NCBI GenBank assembly: GCA_016839805.1
Contig: JAEOTO010000036.1
Coordinates: forward strand, 33,008 to 97,007
Reading direction: 5' to 3'
DNA: 64,000 nucleotides
Origin: Candidatus Hermodarchaeota archaeon
Lineage (GTDB): Archaea; Asgardarchaeota; Hermodarchaeia; Hermodarchaeales; Hermodarchaeaceae
Shown: piece by piece, positions 20,641-30,128 of the stretch
Numbering within the stretch: the stretch's first letter is position 1
How the letters are laid out: every line of letters starts with the position of its first letter
Notes under the pieces: model-generated
The model's input: the letters and a program-made list of their open reading frames with translations, nothing else
What the model was told of the DNA's origin: nothing
The model's database searches: none
Made by a program: the position numbers and the translations under genes

Positions 20641-20691
20641 GTACCTACTTAGGTACAGGGGACCTCTGGTCCCTAAATCCCCTTTTTTTTT
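20641..20691 (+). terminator. two tandem hairpins followed by a T9 run between convergent genes
   Basis: gtaccta-ct-taggtac (20641-20656), gggacc-tct-ggtccc (20659-20673), then ttttttttt (20683-20691). This lies 14 nt after the stop of the surface-protein gene. Confidence 0.5.
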
Positions 20692-20702
20692 CTGTGCTAA
20701 GA

Positions 20703-21788
20703 TTAAGGTAGGGGAATTGGAGTAGGAATGAAGACTTGGAAGAATATCCAATAGAATCCCGCTTGGAGAAGGCAAAGAAATACGAAGGAAACTGCAATGG
20801 CAAGGACATGTTGTAGAGGTTTTGGACGCTGGATATTGTAGGTTACATATGCATAGATGACAAGCCACCCAAAGAGGAAGATGGTGCTTGGAACCTGCCA
20901 TAGTATAAACGCAAATGGCGCTAACGAGGTATTGATCTGAATAATTCGGTCAGCGACTGATAGTTCTCCAAATCCTGGCAGGAATATCCCTAAGATAGAG
21001 TTGACATAGATCCGGGATGCAACGAAATAGAGTCCCAAAAGAAAAATGAGGACATAGCCTGAGGAAATGATGACTTGGCGGATGGTATCAGTTTTTCCAT
21101 TGATTGCTGCTGTCATCACAGGCATGATTAACCAGGCGGCAAAGATGTTGAAGCCCATGGTCAAAAGATATGGCCAACCCGGAACAGGTATAAATCCCAA
21201 CATCATGGTTGGCTCAATCCACATATTAGACCATGCTACGACTTGACCTCCTAAGAAGAATGAGACAGCAAGTGTGAGAAGAGCAAAGATAACAGGTGTT
21301 AGGAGGTAACTGTTTCCCAGATATTGTGCACCTACGACTCGACTGGGTCGTGACACTGTTTCACGCACAAATCGTCCTTGGTTTTTAATGCTAAATTTTC
21401 GTCCCTCGCCTAACCACCATAAATTGTCAACGATGATACGTTCGGCCTCGTCAGCAAAAGGTAGGAATTTTGATCGGTCGACTTTCGGATCATCATGTTC
21501 GCCGTAATGTAAGATCCAGTAGTCTCGAATCCGTGCAATAACATCGATGGCATCTTTATCAGGAAGCTTGATATTGACGGTTGCAGCGAAAAGGAGGGTT
21601 TCACTTTCCTGAAAGATGAGCTTGAGGTCCTCCATCTCAAATTTTTGGATCATTTCTGCATGAGTGTCTCTTGTGAAATGATAGAGTGCGGTGATGAGGC
21701 CTGAAGAAAGGTCAGGATCGGTAGTTGTGGTTCCTTTGATGTAGGTTCGTTCAAAGAGTAGTGGTCCATTCTTACTTATGACGTACAA
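20703..21788 (-). CDS. longin/roadblock-like N-terminal domain fused to a multi-pass membrane domain
   Basis: 361 aa. The first ~110 aa (YVISKNGPLLFERTY...GLITALYHF...MEDLKLIFQESETLLFAATVN...AIDVIARIRDYWILHYG) have the beta-beta-alpha-beta-beta-beta-alpha pattern of longin / sigma-adaptin / roadblock folds. The C-terminal ~200 aa contain about 6 hydrophobic helices. The only available start is the TTG at 21788. Confidence 0.6.
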   Translation of the reverse strand: MYVISKNGPLLFERTYIKGTTTTDPDLSSGLITALYHFTRDTHAEMIQKFEMEDLKLIFQESETLLFAATVNIKLPDKDAIDVIARIRDYWILHYGEHDDPKVDRSKFLPFADEAERIIVDNLWWLGEGRKFSIKNQGRFVRETVSRPSRVVGAQYLGNSYLLTPVIFALLTLAVSFFLGGQVVAWSNMWIEPTMMLGFIPVPGWPYLLTMGFNIFAAWLIMPVMTAAINGKTDTIRQVIISSGYVLIFLLGLYFVASRIYVNSILGIFLPGFGELSVADRIIQINTSLAPFAFILWQVPSTIFLFGWLVIYAYVTYNIQRPKPLQHVLAIAVSFVFLCLLQAGFYWIFFQVFIPTPIPLP

Positions 21789-21888
21789 TTGGTGAATCAG
21801 GTCTTTCCACCCCTTAATAGCTGGAAATAATTTAGCCTTAAAGATACTTTACGAACTGTATTCAAAAATCTGCCGTGACTGGATATTG

Positions 21889-22953
21889 TCATTCAATAAC
21901 GCCTGTGATTCGTGCAAGGCGTTCAGCTGCTTTCTCAGTCAGTCCCCGTTTTCCCAAAATGGTATACCGTGAAGGATTAATTGTATGTGCAACATTTAGG
22001 GCTTCAATGATATAGTCATTTTTGAATCCTAATTCTTTGGCGGTAGTTGGAGCACCTATTGTAGTGAGGGTGTCACGAATTTCTTGCCAATTAATTTCAT
22101 GCAAGTAACCCATTAGAATTGTACCAATACCACATTGTTCACCGTGGAGGGCTGGTTTGGGGGCAATACGGTCAAGGGCGTGACTAAATTTGTGTTCGGC
22201 TCCACTAGCCGGGCGGCTTGATCCAGCGATGCCCATGGCAATGCCACTAGCAATTAACGCTTCTAGGACAAGTCGCACGCTTTGTTCATCATTTGGTTTG
22301 ATTGTTGTGGCATTCTCCATAATGATATTTGCACCCATCAGAGAAAGCGAGGCAGCATACTCTCCATAATATTCATATCCTAGGGTATGAGCAAGTTTCC
22401 AATCTCTAACAGCAGTAATCTTTGAAATGAGATCTCCACAACCAGCTGCTGTGAACCGGTAGGGTGCCTGTGCGACAATTCGTGTATCAGCAACAACGGC
22501 AATCGGTGATTGACCATCAATAGAAATCGATGTTCCTCCCTTTTTGATTGATGCTCGTGGACTGGATATCCCATCATGGGCTGCAGAGGTTGGTACGCTG
22601 ATAAAGGGCTGGTTTTCCCTCGTTGAACACAGTTTTGCTGTATCGATTACGGAACCGCCCCCAACGCCTACAACTACTCCGGCACTATGTTTACGAATGT
22701 TCTCACAGGATTTTTCAACCGCACTCTCCGTTGCTTTTTCAATGTGAACAACTTCCACGCTGAACCTCCCTTTTTCCAAAGCTGCAATCGCGTCTTCACC
22801 CACAATTTTCATCAGGTCCTTATTCGTAATCAATACAGACCGCCGCGTGGAAACAACTCTTTGTGCGACTTCACCCAGCTGCTGTACAACACCTGATCCA
22901 ATAACAACTTCACCAGGGAGTTGCATCCGATGAGCCTTATCTTCCATTGACAT
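21889..22953 (-). CDS. egsA: sn-glycerol-1-phosphate dehydrogenase (archaeal lipid backbone synthesis)
   Basis: GVGGGSVIDTAK, SVPTSAAHDGISSPRASI, GSSRPASGAEHKFSHALDRIAPKPALHGEQCG, and the C-terminal RYTILGKRGLTEKAAERLARITGVI closely follow the EgsA family pattern. Confidence 0.85.
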   Translation of the reverse strand: MSMEDKAHRMQLPGEVVIGSGVVQQLGEVAQRVVSTRRSVLITNKDLMKIVGEDAIAALEKGRFSVEVVHIEKATESAVEKSCENIRKHSAGVVVGVGGGSVIDTAKLCSTRENQPFISVPTSAAHDGISSPRASIKKGGTSISIDGQSPIAVVADTRIVAQAPYRFTAAGCGDLISKITAVRDWKLAHTLGYEYYGEYAASLSLMGANIIMENATTIKPNDEQSVRLVLEALIASGIAMGIAGSSRPASGAEHKFSHALDRIAPKPALHGEQCGIGTILMGYLHEINWQEIRDTLTTIGAPTTAKELGFKNDYIIEALNVAHTINPSRYTILGKRGLTEKAAERLARITGVIE

Positions 22954-23089
22954 CTGCGTTCCTCTCTTGATATCTAAATTCGGGATTGCTATTCATGTAA
23001 TTCTATTAAGAGATATCTCCTAATTTCACTTATCAAGTTCTTTTTATGCTGAACGCTTCTCATCGATTCAATACCTGAATATTAGCTTA

Positions 23090-23440
23090 CTATACCTGCT
23101 TCGAATAGTTGAGCTTTAAATCAGCTAACCTCGCTTCTAGTGTTTTTTTGTCATCTAGTGAAATATTCTCACCGAGATGGGTAAGTAGTGATTCAAATGA
23201 ATCAATCGCTGCTCGAGCTTGATCGAGATCTTTGTCAATCTCTTGTGTTTGGGGATTCACAATTAGTCCCATTTTTTGCCATGCAAGTGATTCAAAGAGA
23301 CTCATACTAAATTGCATAATCTGCCAAACAGGCAATGCTCGGAGGTCCACAAACGTTGTTTCACCGGTTTCCTCAGATTTTTTTTCCTTTTTTTCCACGT
23401 CCTTGGGCATTGGTTTCACCGACATGATCACATCTTTCAA
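23090..23440 (-). CDS. DUF1844 domain protein
   Basis: 116 aa. The pattern FSMSLFESLAWQKMGLIVNPQTQEIDKDLDQARAAIDSFESLLTHLGENISLDDKKTLEARLADLKLNY matches the DUF1844 layout. Confidence 0.55.
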   Translation of the reverse strand: MKDVIMSVKPMPKDVEKKEKKSEETGETTFVDLRALPVWQIMQFSMSLFESLAWQKMGLIVNPQTQEIDKDLDQARAAIDSFESLLTHLGENISLDDKKTLEARLADLKLNYSKQV

Positions 23441-23473
23441 TCAAAGTTAGCCCGCTAAAAAGGTTACTTCCCA

Positions 23474-24628
23474 CTAGCTATTACGACTGATTTTCATCAT
23501 TCGCCAGGTGCGATAATCGACCAAGACTCGTATAAAGCCGCTCAAAATTTTATCGACATCTGAATCGCCGGTATCGATGTGAAGACCTCGCTCAGCAAGA
23601 CTGCTGACTTTACTGTGCGTAGCTATTACTAGAATTTGCTCCGGTGGAATACGACGAATAATATTTGGACTAATCTGTTGATTCCCACGACCAAATAACA
23701 TCCCTTGGTTCCCAATGGGAGAAACAATAACCCAGGCTTGAAGAAAATCGGGGACAAGCTCAAGTAATTGTTGTTCATTCACGTCCAGGTGAACATTTCC
23801 ATTCACATACAAGTCCACGCCTAAAAGCGTCTTCTTAATTCCCAATGCCTTCGCTACGGCTCGGACAGTAGAACCTGGTCCAAAAATATATGCATCGCCT
23901 TCAACCATATCCTCAACGATAGTACGAGCTACTGCCTCTTGATTATCCTGTTCATTCACCGTGGTTGGCGATGTTAATTTTGCGCCTGGCATTCGAGCGG
24001 GAACGAGAGGTCCTCGAAGATACCCATACAATTTGACAACGAATTGGTCCTGCCGAATCGCTTCTTCATCTGCATCCATGACCTCAAAGAGCTCCTCCAA
24101 GGTTTCCTCTTCCAACCATTCAACCAATACACCTGCTGCGGCATCCGGAGAAAACGCAAAAATCCCACTATACATTTTCACTCCTGCAGGGACTCCTAAG
24201 ACCAACATGTTTTCCTTTTCCTTTAATGCATCTAAGATGTCCCGAGCTGTACCATCACCACCCACAAATATAATGAGATCTACGTCGCGTTCACAGAATA
24301 ACTCTACAGCCTTCTGGGTGTCCTCAGCTTTCGTAATTAGTTCCAGTCCTATTGGAATGACCTCAGGAGTAAATCCCGCTTCACGCAACACTCCTGCTCC
24401 CATGGGTTCTGGACATGTTACCCATTCAACATCATCCTCCTTGCGACGCAATCGCAGAAATGCCTTCAAGAATTGTTTCGCTCGGTTCGAGGCAACTGGC
24501 TTAGCGCCCAAGCGTTCAGCCGCTTCTACCATTCCATCTGTACCTTTCAGGCCAACGCGTCCTCCCATTCCTGCAATGGGATTAATTAAGAAACCTAGTC
24601 GTCGACGCGTTTTTGCCTTACTCGACAC
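23474..24628 (-). CDS. ATP-NAD kinase family protein (COG3199-like)
   Basis: It has the N-terminal LGFLINPIAGMGGRVGLKGTDG and the GGDGTARD motif. Confidence 0.75.
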   Translation of the reverse strand: MSSKAKTRRRLGFLINPIAGMGGRVGLKGTDGMVEAAERLGAKPVASNRAKQFLKAFLRLRRKEDDVEWVTCPEPMGAGVLREAGFTPEVIPIGLELITKAEDTQKAVELFCERDVDLIIFVGGDGTARDILDALKEKENMLVLGVPAGVKMYSGIFAFSPDAAAGVLVEWLEEETLEELFEVMDADEEAIRQDQFVVKLYGYLRGPLVPARMPGAKLTSPTTVNEQDNQEAVARTIVEDMVEGDAYIFGPGSTVRAVAKALGIKKTLLGVDLYVNGNVHLDVNEQQLLELVPDFLQAWVIVSPIGNQGMLFGRGNQQISPNIIRRIPPEQILVIATHSKVSSLAERGLHIDTGDSDVDKILSGFIRVLVDYRTWRMMKISRNS

Positions 24629-24785
24629 ATTGAATCCTTCCTAACCAGAACCCTTCCTAACCTGAAATAACCTTTGCCCTCCACCAATGGGGAATACTAG
24701 TGGTCTTGCATGAATTAACGCCGTTAATAAATGCATATACTTTATTAACTCAACCCCAACACCTGTTCGACGGTGCTGAATAACC

Positions 24786-25430
24786 ATGGAAGCCACTGGA
24801 ATGCCATTAATAGGCGATAAAGCCCCAAGTTTCGAAGTACAAACCACCCATGGTAAAATAAAATTCCCTGATGACTACAAGGGTAAATGGGTTGTGCTCT
24901 TCAGCCACCCTGCAGATTTTACACCTGTGTGTACAACAGAGTTCTGGGCTTTTCAAAAACGCTTTGATGAATTCAAGAAACTGAATACCGAACTCATTGG
25001 ACTCAGTGTGGATAGTGTCTTTTCACACATCAAATGGGTCGAATGGATTGGCGAAAAATTCGGAGAAGAAATCAAGTTTCCGGTCATTGCTGATGATACT
25101 GGTAAAATTGCCCGGCTGATGGGCATGATTCATCCTAATCGTAGTCAAGTTACGGTTCGTGCCGTCTTCTTTATCGATCCTGAAAGCAAAATCCGTGCAA
25201 TTATTTACTATCCACCCGAGTTGGGTCGGAATTTTGATGAAATCTTACGCGTGATTAAAGCCTTTCAGATTGCTGATGAGAAGGGTGTTGCGATGCCAGC
25301 GAATTGGCCTGAAAATGAGCTCATCAAAGACCGGGTGATTATACCCCCTGCATCAGATGTCAAAGCAGCCAAACAACGACTGAAAGACTATGAGTGTTAT
25401 GACTGGTGGTTCTGCCACAAAGAAGCATAA
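24786..25430 (+). CDS. peroxiredoxin (Prx6/1-Cys-like archaeal type)
   Basis: [12 protein letters not shown] ... [18 protein letters not shown] ... [11 protein letters not shown]. An alternative start at 24801 gives MPLIGDK. Confidence 0.9.
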   Translation: MEATGMPLIGDKAPSFEVQTTHGKIKFPDDYKGKWVVLFSHPADFTPVCTTEFWAFQKRFDEFKKLNTELIGLSVDSVFSHIKWVEWIGEKFGEEIKFPVIADDTGKIARLMGMIHPNRSQVTVRAVFFIDPESKIRAIIYYPPELGRNFDEILRVIKAFQIADEKGVAMPANWPENELIKDRVIIPPASDVKAAKQRLKDYECYDWWFCHKEA

Positions 25431-25464
25431 GAAGTGTGGATCTCTGGTTTCTACTTCTCTTTTT

Positions 25465-25995
25465 TTAGTTATCTTGGGATTGTTGTTTTTTCTTCTTCGG
25501 TGGTTCCTGAGTTGAGACAATGGCTTGATAGGAGCGGACTTGTCCTGGTTTTCGGATTCGCTCCTCTGGTTTCATTTTTAATTGATGGTAAACATCTGGA
25601 ATTACCACCACTATACTAAGTAATGCAAACCCCATTTGCAGGAGTCCGTTAAACATCAGAATAAGACTGGGTCCAAAAAAGGAAGATTGACCTTGTCCGA
25701 TAGGAAACATAATCGGCCAACCTAGTACAAAGGGGACAAGATAGAAACCTAGCCCTATTAATAGAAGGATGCCACTGCCGCTCAGAATTCTATTGGCAGC
25801 ATATTCGGTTCCCGTAAAAATCCCCTCAATAATTAAAACATAGGCTCCATATAGTGATAGTGCCAGTCCAATAAAGGCGAGAATGTAGTAGATTGCTGGG
25901 ATTAAAGAGAGGAGAAGACCCCCAATCAGGGCAATTCCTACGCCACCTAGAAAAAATAGTTCACCTCGAATAAATTGACGAACGTTTTGTGCCAT
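25465..25995 (-). CDS. hypothetical multi-pass membrane protein
   Basis: It has about 5 hydrophobic helices and a lysine-rich tail. I took the ATG at 25995, which is preceded by GGTGAGTGAGG, rather than the GTG at 26004. Confidence 0.5.
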   Translation of the reverse strand: MAQNVRQFIRGELFFLGGVGIALIGGLLLSLIPAIYYILAFIGLALSLYGAYVLIIEGIFTGTEYAANRILSGSGILLLIGLGFYLVPFVLGWPIMFPIGQGQSSFFGPSLILMFNGLLQMGFALLSIVVVIPDVYHQLKMKPEERIRKPGQVRSYQAIVSTQEPPKKKKQQSQDN

Positions 25996-26081
25996 AAACC
26001 TCACTCACCTTCTTGTACTCAATGTTCTAAGTAAAAACCTTCTCTTTTCAGAACAACATATAACAGTGGCATCGGATTGAA

Positions 26082-26477
26082 TTAGTCCTCTATTTCCACT
26101 AATTCTTCATCATCAGGTCGCCAATAAGGATTAACGATGCAAATGAAGACGATATCAGAGGTACCCGTGTTTTCCAAGAATTGTGTAGCCTTTGGTGGAA
26201 TGTAGATGAGTGAACCCGGACCCACTTCCTTCGTTTCAGCATCAACGTGCATAAGACCTCTGCCCTGAAGAATATAATACACCTCTGAAGCTTTTATGAG
26301 GCGATGTGGTAAAGACGTTTTTCCAACCGGGATAATAGCATGAGCGATACTATACCCTAGATGAAATTTACTGCCATCGTGAAGGGGGTTTAGGAGTTCA
26401 CGAAGAATGGTTCCATCTAACGCTGTGATGACCTTACAATCCCTGAGTTTTCGTAGAAACAATAAATCAGCCTCCAT
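26082..26477 (-). CDS. cupin domain protein
   Basis: The cupin_2-like core is HRLIKASEVYYILQGRGLMHVD...GPGSLIYIPPKATQFLENTG. Confidence 0.7.
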   Translation of the reverse strand: MEADLLFLRKLRDCKVITALDGTILRELLNPLHDGSKFHLGYSIAHAIIPVGKTSLPHRLIKASEVYYILQGRGLMHVDAETKEVGPGSLIYIPPKATQFLENTGTSDIVFICIVNPYWRPDDEELVEIED

Positions 26478-26615
26478 ATCACACTCATTTTGTGTTTAAG
26501 TTCTAATGATTTTCTCTATACCTCTAAGCAGGGTTATCGATAAGATTTTGAATCATGGAACGATAAAAAGACGGGGATACTTAGCGGATTTTCCTCTCTT
26601 TGAGGGATACTGAAA

Positions 26616-27164
26616 TTGAGTACAAATGAAGCAGAAAAAGTGCTTCAAGAAATTGAAGCATCACAGAATTACAATATCATTGGCAGACAACGAGGTCAAA
26701 TTTTAGTCCGTTTAGCCCGCGAATTTCATCCGAGACGGATTCTGGAAGTTGGCACAAATGTAGGTTATTCAGCTATTCTAATGGGCAAGGAATTGCCTTC
26801 CTGGACCAGTATTACTACAATTGAAATCAAGCTAAATTATGCAAAAGAAGCTAGGGAGAATATTAAACGTGCTGCTATTGAACCAACAGTAGAAGTACTC
26901 GTAGGTGATGCCCTTGAGATACTACCTACACTTAATGGGGATTTTGATCTGGTTTTTCTTGATGCAATCAAAACCCAATACCTGAGTTATTTGAAAGCAT
27001 CAGAACCCCACCTATTTCGAGGAAGCATGGTCATCGCTGACAATGTTGTCCGCAGAAGTGAGGAAGTGAAAGATTATCTTGAGTATGTTCGTGAATCAGG
27101 AGAGTACACAAGTCGTATTATTTTAGTGGGGAATGACGGGGTTGAATTAAGTATCAAACGATGA
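26616..27164 (+). CDS. class I SAM-dependent O-methyltransferase (family 3-like)
   Basis: ILEVGTNVGYSAILMG, DLVFLDAIKTQY and ADNV motifs are present. TTG start. Confidence 0.75.
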   Translation: MSTNEAEKVLQEIEASQNYNIIGRQRGQILVRLAREFHPRRILEVGTNVGYSAILMGKELPSWTSITTIEIKLNYAKEARENIKRAAIEPTVEVLVGDALEILPTLNGDFDLVFLDAIKTQYLSYLKASEPHLFRGSMVIADNVVRRSEEVKDYLEYVRESGEYTSRIILVGNDGVELSIKR

Positions 27165-27251
27165 GTTCATCTGTCTAATTCGGCTTTTAATCCAACACAA
27201 AGAAACAAATAGCACTCACAATTAACCTCAACGTTAGTGATCAATTTCGAG

Positions 27252-28331
27252 ATGATCGTGACCATGGAAGCCTTTTTGAAAAAAACCCCGGGACCTGGTG
27301 TTGAACGGGGCACTGTGGATAAACCTGGTTTTGAGGAAACTGATGTTCTCGTTGAGGTAAAAGGTGCTGCGATTTGCGGAACCGATGTTCACATCTATGA
27401 ATGGGATGATTGGGCGGCAAATCGTATTAAACCTCCACTCGTCGTGGGTCATGAAATGTCAGGGAAGGTTGTAGAGGTTGGAAAAAACGTCGATCACATT
27501 ACTATTGGTGACATGGTCTCAGCGGAAACCCATATTGTCGATCGCACATGTCTGCAATGTCTAACCGGTCGTGAACATGTCTGTCAACATATGACTATCC
27601 TGGGAGTAGATCGGGACGGTGTATTTGCTGAATATGTATCAGTTCCTGCCCATAATGCGTGGAAAAATGACGCTGATTTAGATCCGGTTATCGGAGCAAT
27701 ACAGGAGCCCTTAGGGAATGCCGTGCAAACGTTGCTGCCAATTAATAATGTTGAGGATATCGCTGGACGCAATGTCGCAGTAATTGGTATGGGACCAATT
27801 GGATTAATGGCGGTTGCTGTTGCAAAAGAACTGGGCGCAGACAGAGTCTTTGCTACTGCAGGTGGACGCAACAAAACACGTATGGAACTTGCTAAAGCGA
27901 TGGGTGCTGATGAAGTTTTCAGTGCTCGGGAGTTAGGTCGTGAAGCCATTGTCAAAGCCATTCATGATTCCACGGATGGAAATGGTGTAGATGTTTCGGT
28001 GGAAATGAGTGGGCATCCTGATGGACTTGTTACTGCCTTTGAAATGCTCACGGCAGGCGGGCGAGTAAGCCTTCTAGGCGTATTTCCTCGACCCTTTGAA
28101 GTAGACCTGAACCGTTTAATGATTTTCAAAGCCGCCACCGTCTACGGTATTAGTGGACGACTCATGTATCGTACCTGGTTTCAGGTTCGAGGTCTCCTCC
28201 GTCGATCGCAACTCCGTGAAAAAGTCAGTAAAGTTGTTACGCATCGATTACCGATTCGAGACCTTGAACAGGGTTTTGACCTCATTCTTTCGAAGCAAGC
28301 TGCAAAAGTTGGTCTAACACCAAAGTGGTAA
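27252..28331 (+). CDS. tdh: L-threonine 3-dehydrogenase (Zn-dependent)
   Basis: AAICGTDVHIYEWDDWAANRIKPPLVVGHEMSGKVVEVG closely follows the TDH signature, and GMGPIGLMAV is the Rossmann motif. The start is ambiguous (27237 GTG, 27252 ATG or 27264 ATG). Confidence 0.85.
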   Translation: MIVTMEAFLKKTPGPGVERGTVDKPGFEETDVLVEVKGAAICGTDVHIYEWDDWAANRIKPPLVVGHEMSGKVVEVGKNVDHITIGDMVSAETHIVDRTCLQCLTGREHVCQHMTILGVDRDGVFAEYVSVPAHNAWKNDADLDPVIGAIQEPLGNAVQTLLPINNVEDIAGRNVAVIGMGPIGLMAVAVAKELGADRVFATAGGRNKTRMELAKAMGADEVFSARELGREAIVKAIHDSTDGNGVDVSVEMSGHPDGLVTAFEMLTAGGRVSLLGVFPRPFEVDLNRLMIFKAATVYGISGRLMYRTWFQVRGLLRRSQLREKVSKVVTHRLPIRDLEQGFDLILSKQAAKVGLTPKW

Positions 28332-28344
28332 TATATGTTAGTAC

Positions 28345-28983
28345 TTAGCTGGTTTCTTTTGTAAGGTTGTGTCCACACCCAGGACAGTATTGTTCATCAC
28401 CAAAAAGACCATGAGCGCAAATTGGACATTGTGGTTGTGTACCCTCTGGACTTGTGAACTCTCTTTCAACCGTTGTGGTGATTGGTTCTAGACCTATGGA
28501 TCTGGGAATTGGTATCCAGAGGGCTATAAGAATCGCTGTGATTACAAGAAGGATTCCACCGATGACATGGGGAATAAATGGCAGAATACTCCACACTGCG
28601 ATAATGGCGTCAAGAACTATGGAGCCTCCTATTATCATGGGTGGTATAGTGAGAGCTCCGATAATAAAGAAGTAGATGGCAGCCGCAGTTTTGCGTTGTG
28701 CCCGTAGGATGGATAGTCCAATTGCAGGTCCCATAAATCCGATTATCGCCTTTATTGTAGGACTCATTACAAAGCTGAATCCATAAATCGGATTGATAAC
28801 AGAAAACATGGCCCAGCCAAGGACTGCCACTCCAGCAAAATTCACAAAGATTGCAATGCTAGCTAGAGTTGCTGCATATTGGCCAAACATATTGCGTTTA
28901 GTCAAATCAGCTTGATTCATAGTATCCGCATCCTCTTCCATTTGGATTGTTCTATTAGTTGGTGAGGTATTATCCCTCATCAA
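28345..28983 (-). CDS. hypothetical membrane protein with C-terminal zinc ribbon
   Basis: It has about 5 TM helices followed by CPICAHGLFGDEQYCPGCGHNL. Confidence 0.5.
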   Translation of the reverse strand: MMRDNTSPTNRTIQMEEDADTMNQADLTKRNMFGQYAATLASIAIFVNFAGVAVLGWAMFSVINPIYGFSFVMSPTIKAIIGFMGPAIGLSILRAQRKTAAAIYFFIIGALTIPPMIIGGSIVLDAIIAVWSILPFIPHVIGGILLVITAILIALWIPIPRSIGLEPITTTVEREFTSPEGTQPQCPICAHGLFGDEQYCPGCGHNLTKETS

Positions 28984-29046
28984 ATAACTGAAAAAAAGCT
29001 TACTATATCTTGATAGTTTGATGATTCATCGAAGGTTTAAGAACTC

Positions 29047-29856
29047 TCAACCAAATGTGACATAGTAGAGTTCGGTTTTGATGCGCAAATGCTCCTTGTC
29101 ATCTAAGCTCATAAACTGACTTGTAGCAAAAGTACGAACTTCCTGGATAATTTGACGGTGAATTACATCGGGTAAATTCTCCCACATCGAGGAAAAAACG
29201 CGTCGATCAAGATAAGAGAGGGTTTTTCGTAAGGAGATTTTCACATCGGTATGGATGTTATGAGTTTCGATTTGAGCCCCCTCAACCTTGAGTACTTCGA
29301 ATACCTCGGTGAGACGAGGTCCAGGATAATCATACACGTATCCCAGTTCTTCCCTTCTGCGAGTGTAAAACCGCATTAGGGTTGATACATGCGCTGGTGC
29401 TGGAATAATACCCATTACTAGTGTTCCATCTGGTCGTAGCACGCGCATCGCTTCAGACAAAACCTCCTTCCAATCTGAGAGTAAATGCAATAAATGGATG
29501 AGAATGATACAAGAAAAGAGTCCTCGATGGAAAGGTAAGGCGATGGCATCTCCCGCCATCAAATTAGATCTAAAATATTTCCTTGACTGTTGGTTTAAAC
29601 AGGCTTTCTCAAGCATCCCTTTAGAAATATCAATGCCGATAACAGGTATTTTTCGTTCAGCTAACTCACGTAGGAAACGACCGGCTCCACATCCCAGATC
29701 AATAACCAATGTGTGAGGTTTCAATCTACACGTGTTAGTAAAATCCTCCATTAATTCATTCATGAATTGAACAGAAAGACCACGACTAGCTTCATACTCT
29801 TCGGCAACATGCCCATAGTCGATGCGTAATTGAGGAGAATCCACGGAATCACTCAT
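29047..29856 (-). CDS. class I SAM-dependent methyltransferase
   Basis: The SAM motif I is VIDLGCGAGRFLRELA. Overall it is Methyltransf_11/25-like. Confidence 0.75.
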   Translation of the reverse strand: MSDSVDSPQLRIDYGHVAEEYEASRGLSVQFMNELMEDFTNTCRLKPHTLVIDLGCGAGRFLRELAERKIPVIGIDISKGMLEKACLNQQSRKYFRSNLMAGDAIALPFHRGLFSCIILIHLLHLLSDWKEVLSEAMRVLRPDGTLVMGIIPAPAHVSTLMRFYTRRREELGYVYDYPGPRLTEVFEVLKVEGAQIETHNIHTDVKISLRKTLSYLDRRVFSSMWENLPDVIHRQIIQEVRTFATSQFMSLDDKEHLRIKTELYYVTFG

Positions 29857-30128
29857 ACTCGTCTCAAAAAGAAACGGTTTTTTCCTATCTAAAGGGTTGT
29901 GTTCCTAGGCTTTCGTCGTCCTAAATTTCTGTTTTTCCTTACGACAAATGATCCCGCCATAAAAGCCGGTGTCTTCACCGTGCAACTTTGTCCCTATCGC
30001 ACAGCCTTGCGACAATGAAGCATTTCCCTCAAATTGAATCCCTTGTCAATACATTCACTGGGTTTCCACATTCCGGTAACCATTTAAAACCTCCTAAATA
30101 GAAGTGCACCCAAAGGAGCGTTGCGAAC

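Noticed and set aside
23961-24644. 227-aa + strand ORF antisense to the ATP-NAD kinase family gene. Similar long antisense or alternate-frame ORFs occur at 30449-30988, 50504-51019, 19867-20445, 11627-12130, 47576-48004 and 62885-63319.
   Set aside because: All are embedded in genes with clear family motifs. They have Ser/Thr/Arg/Pro-rich low-complexity composition typical of shadow ORFs, and no motifs of their own.
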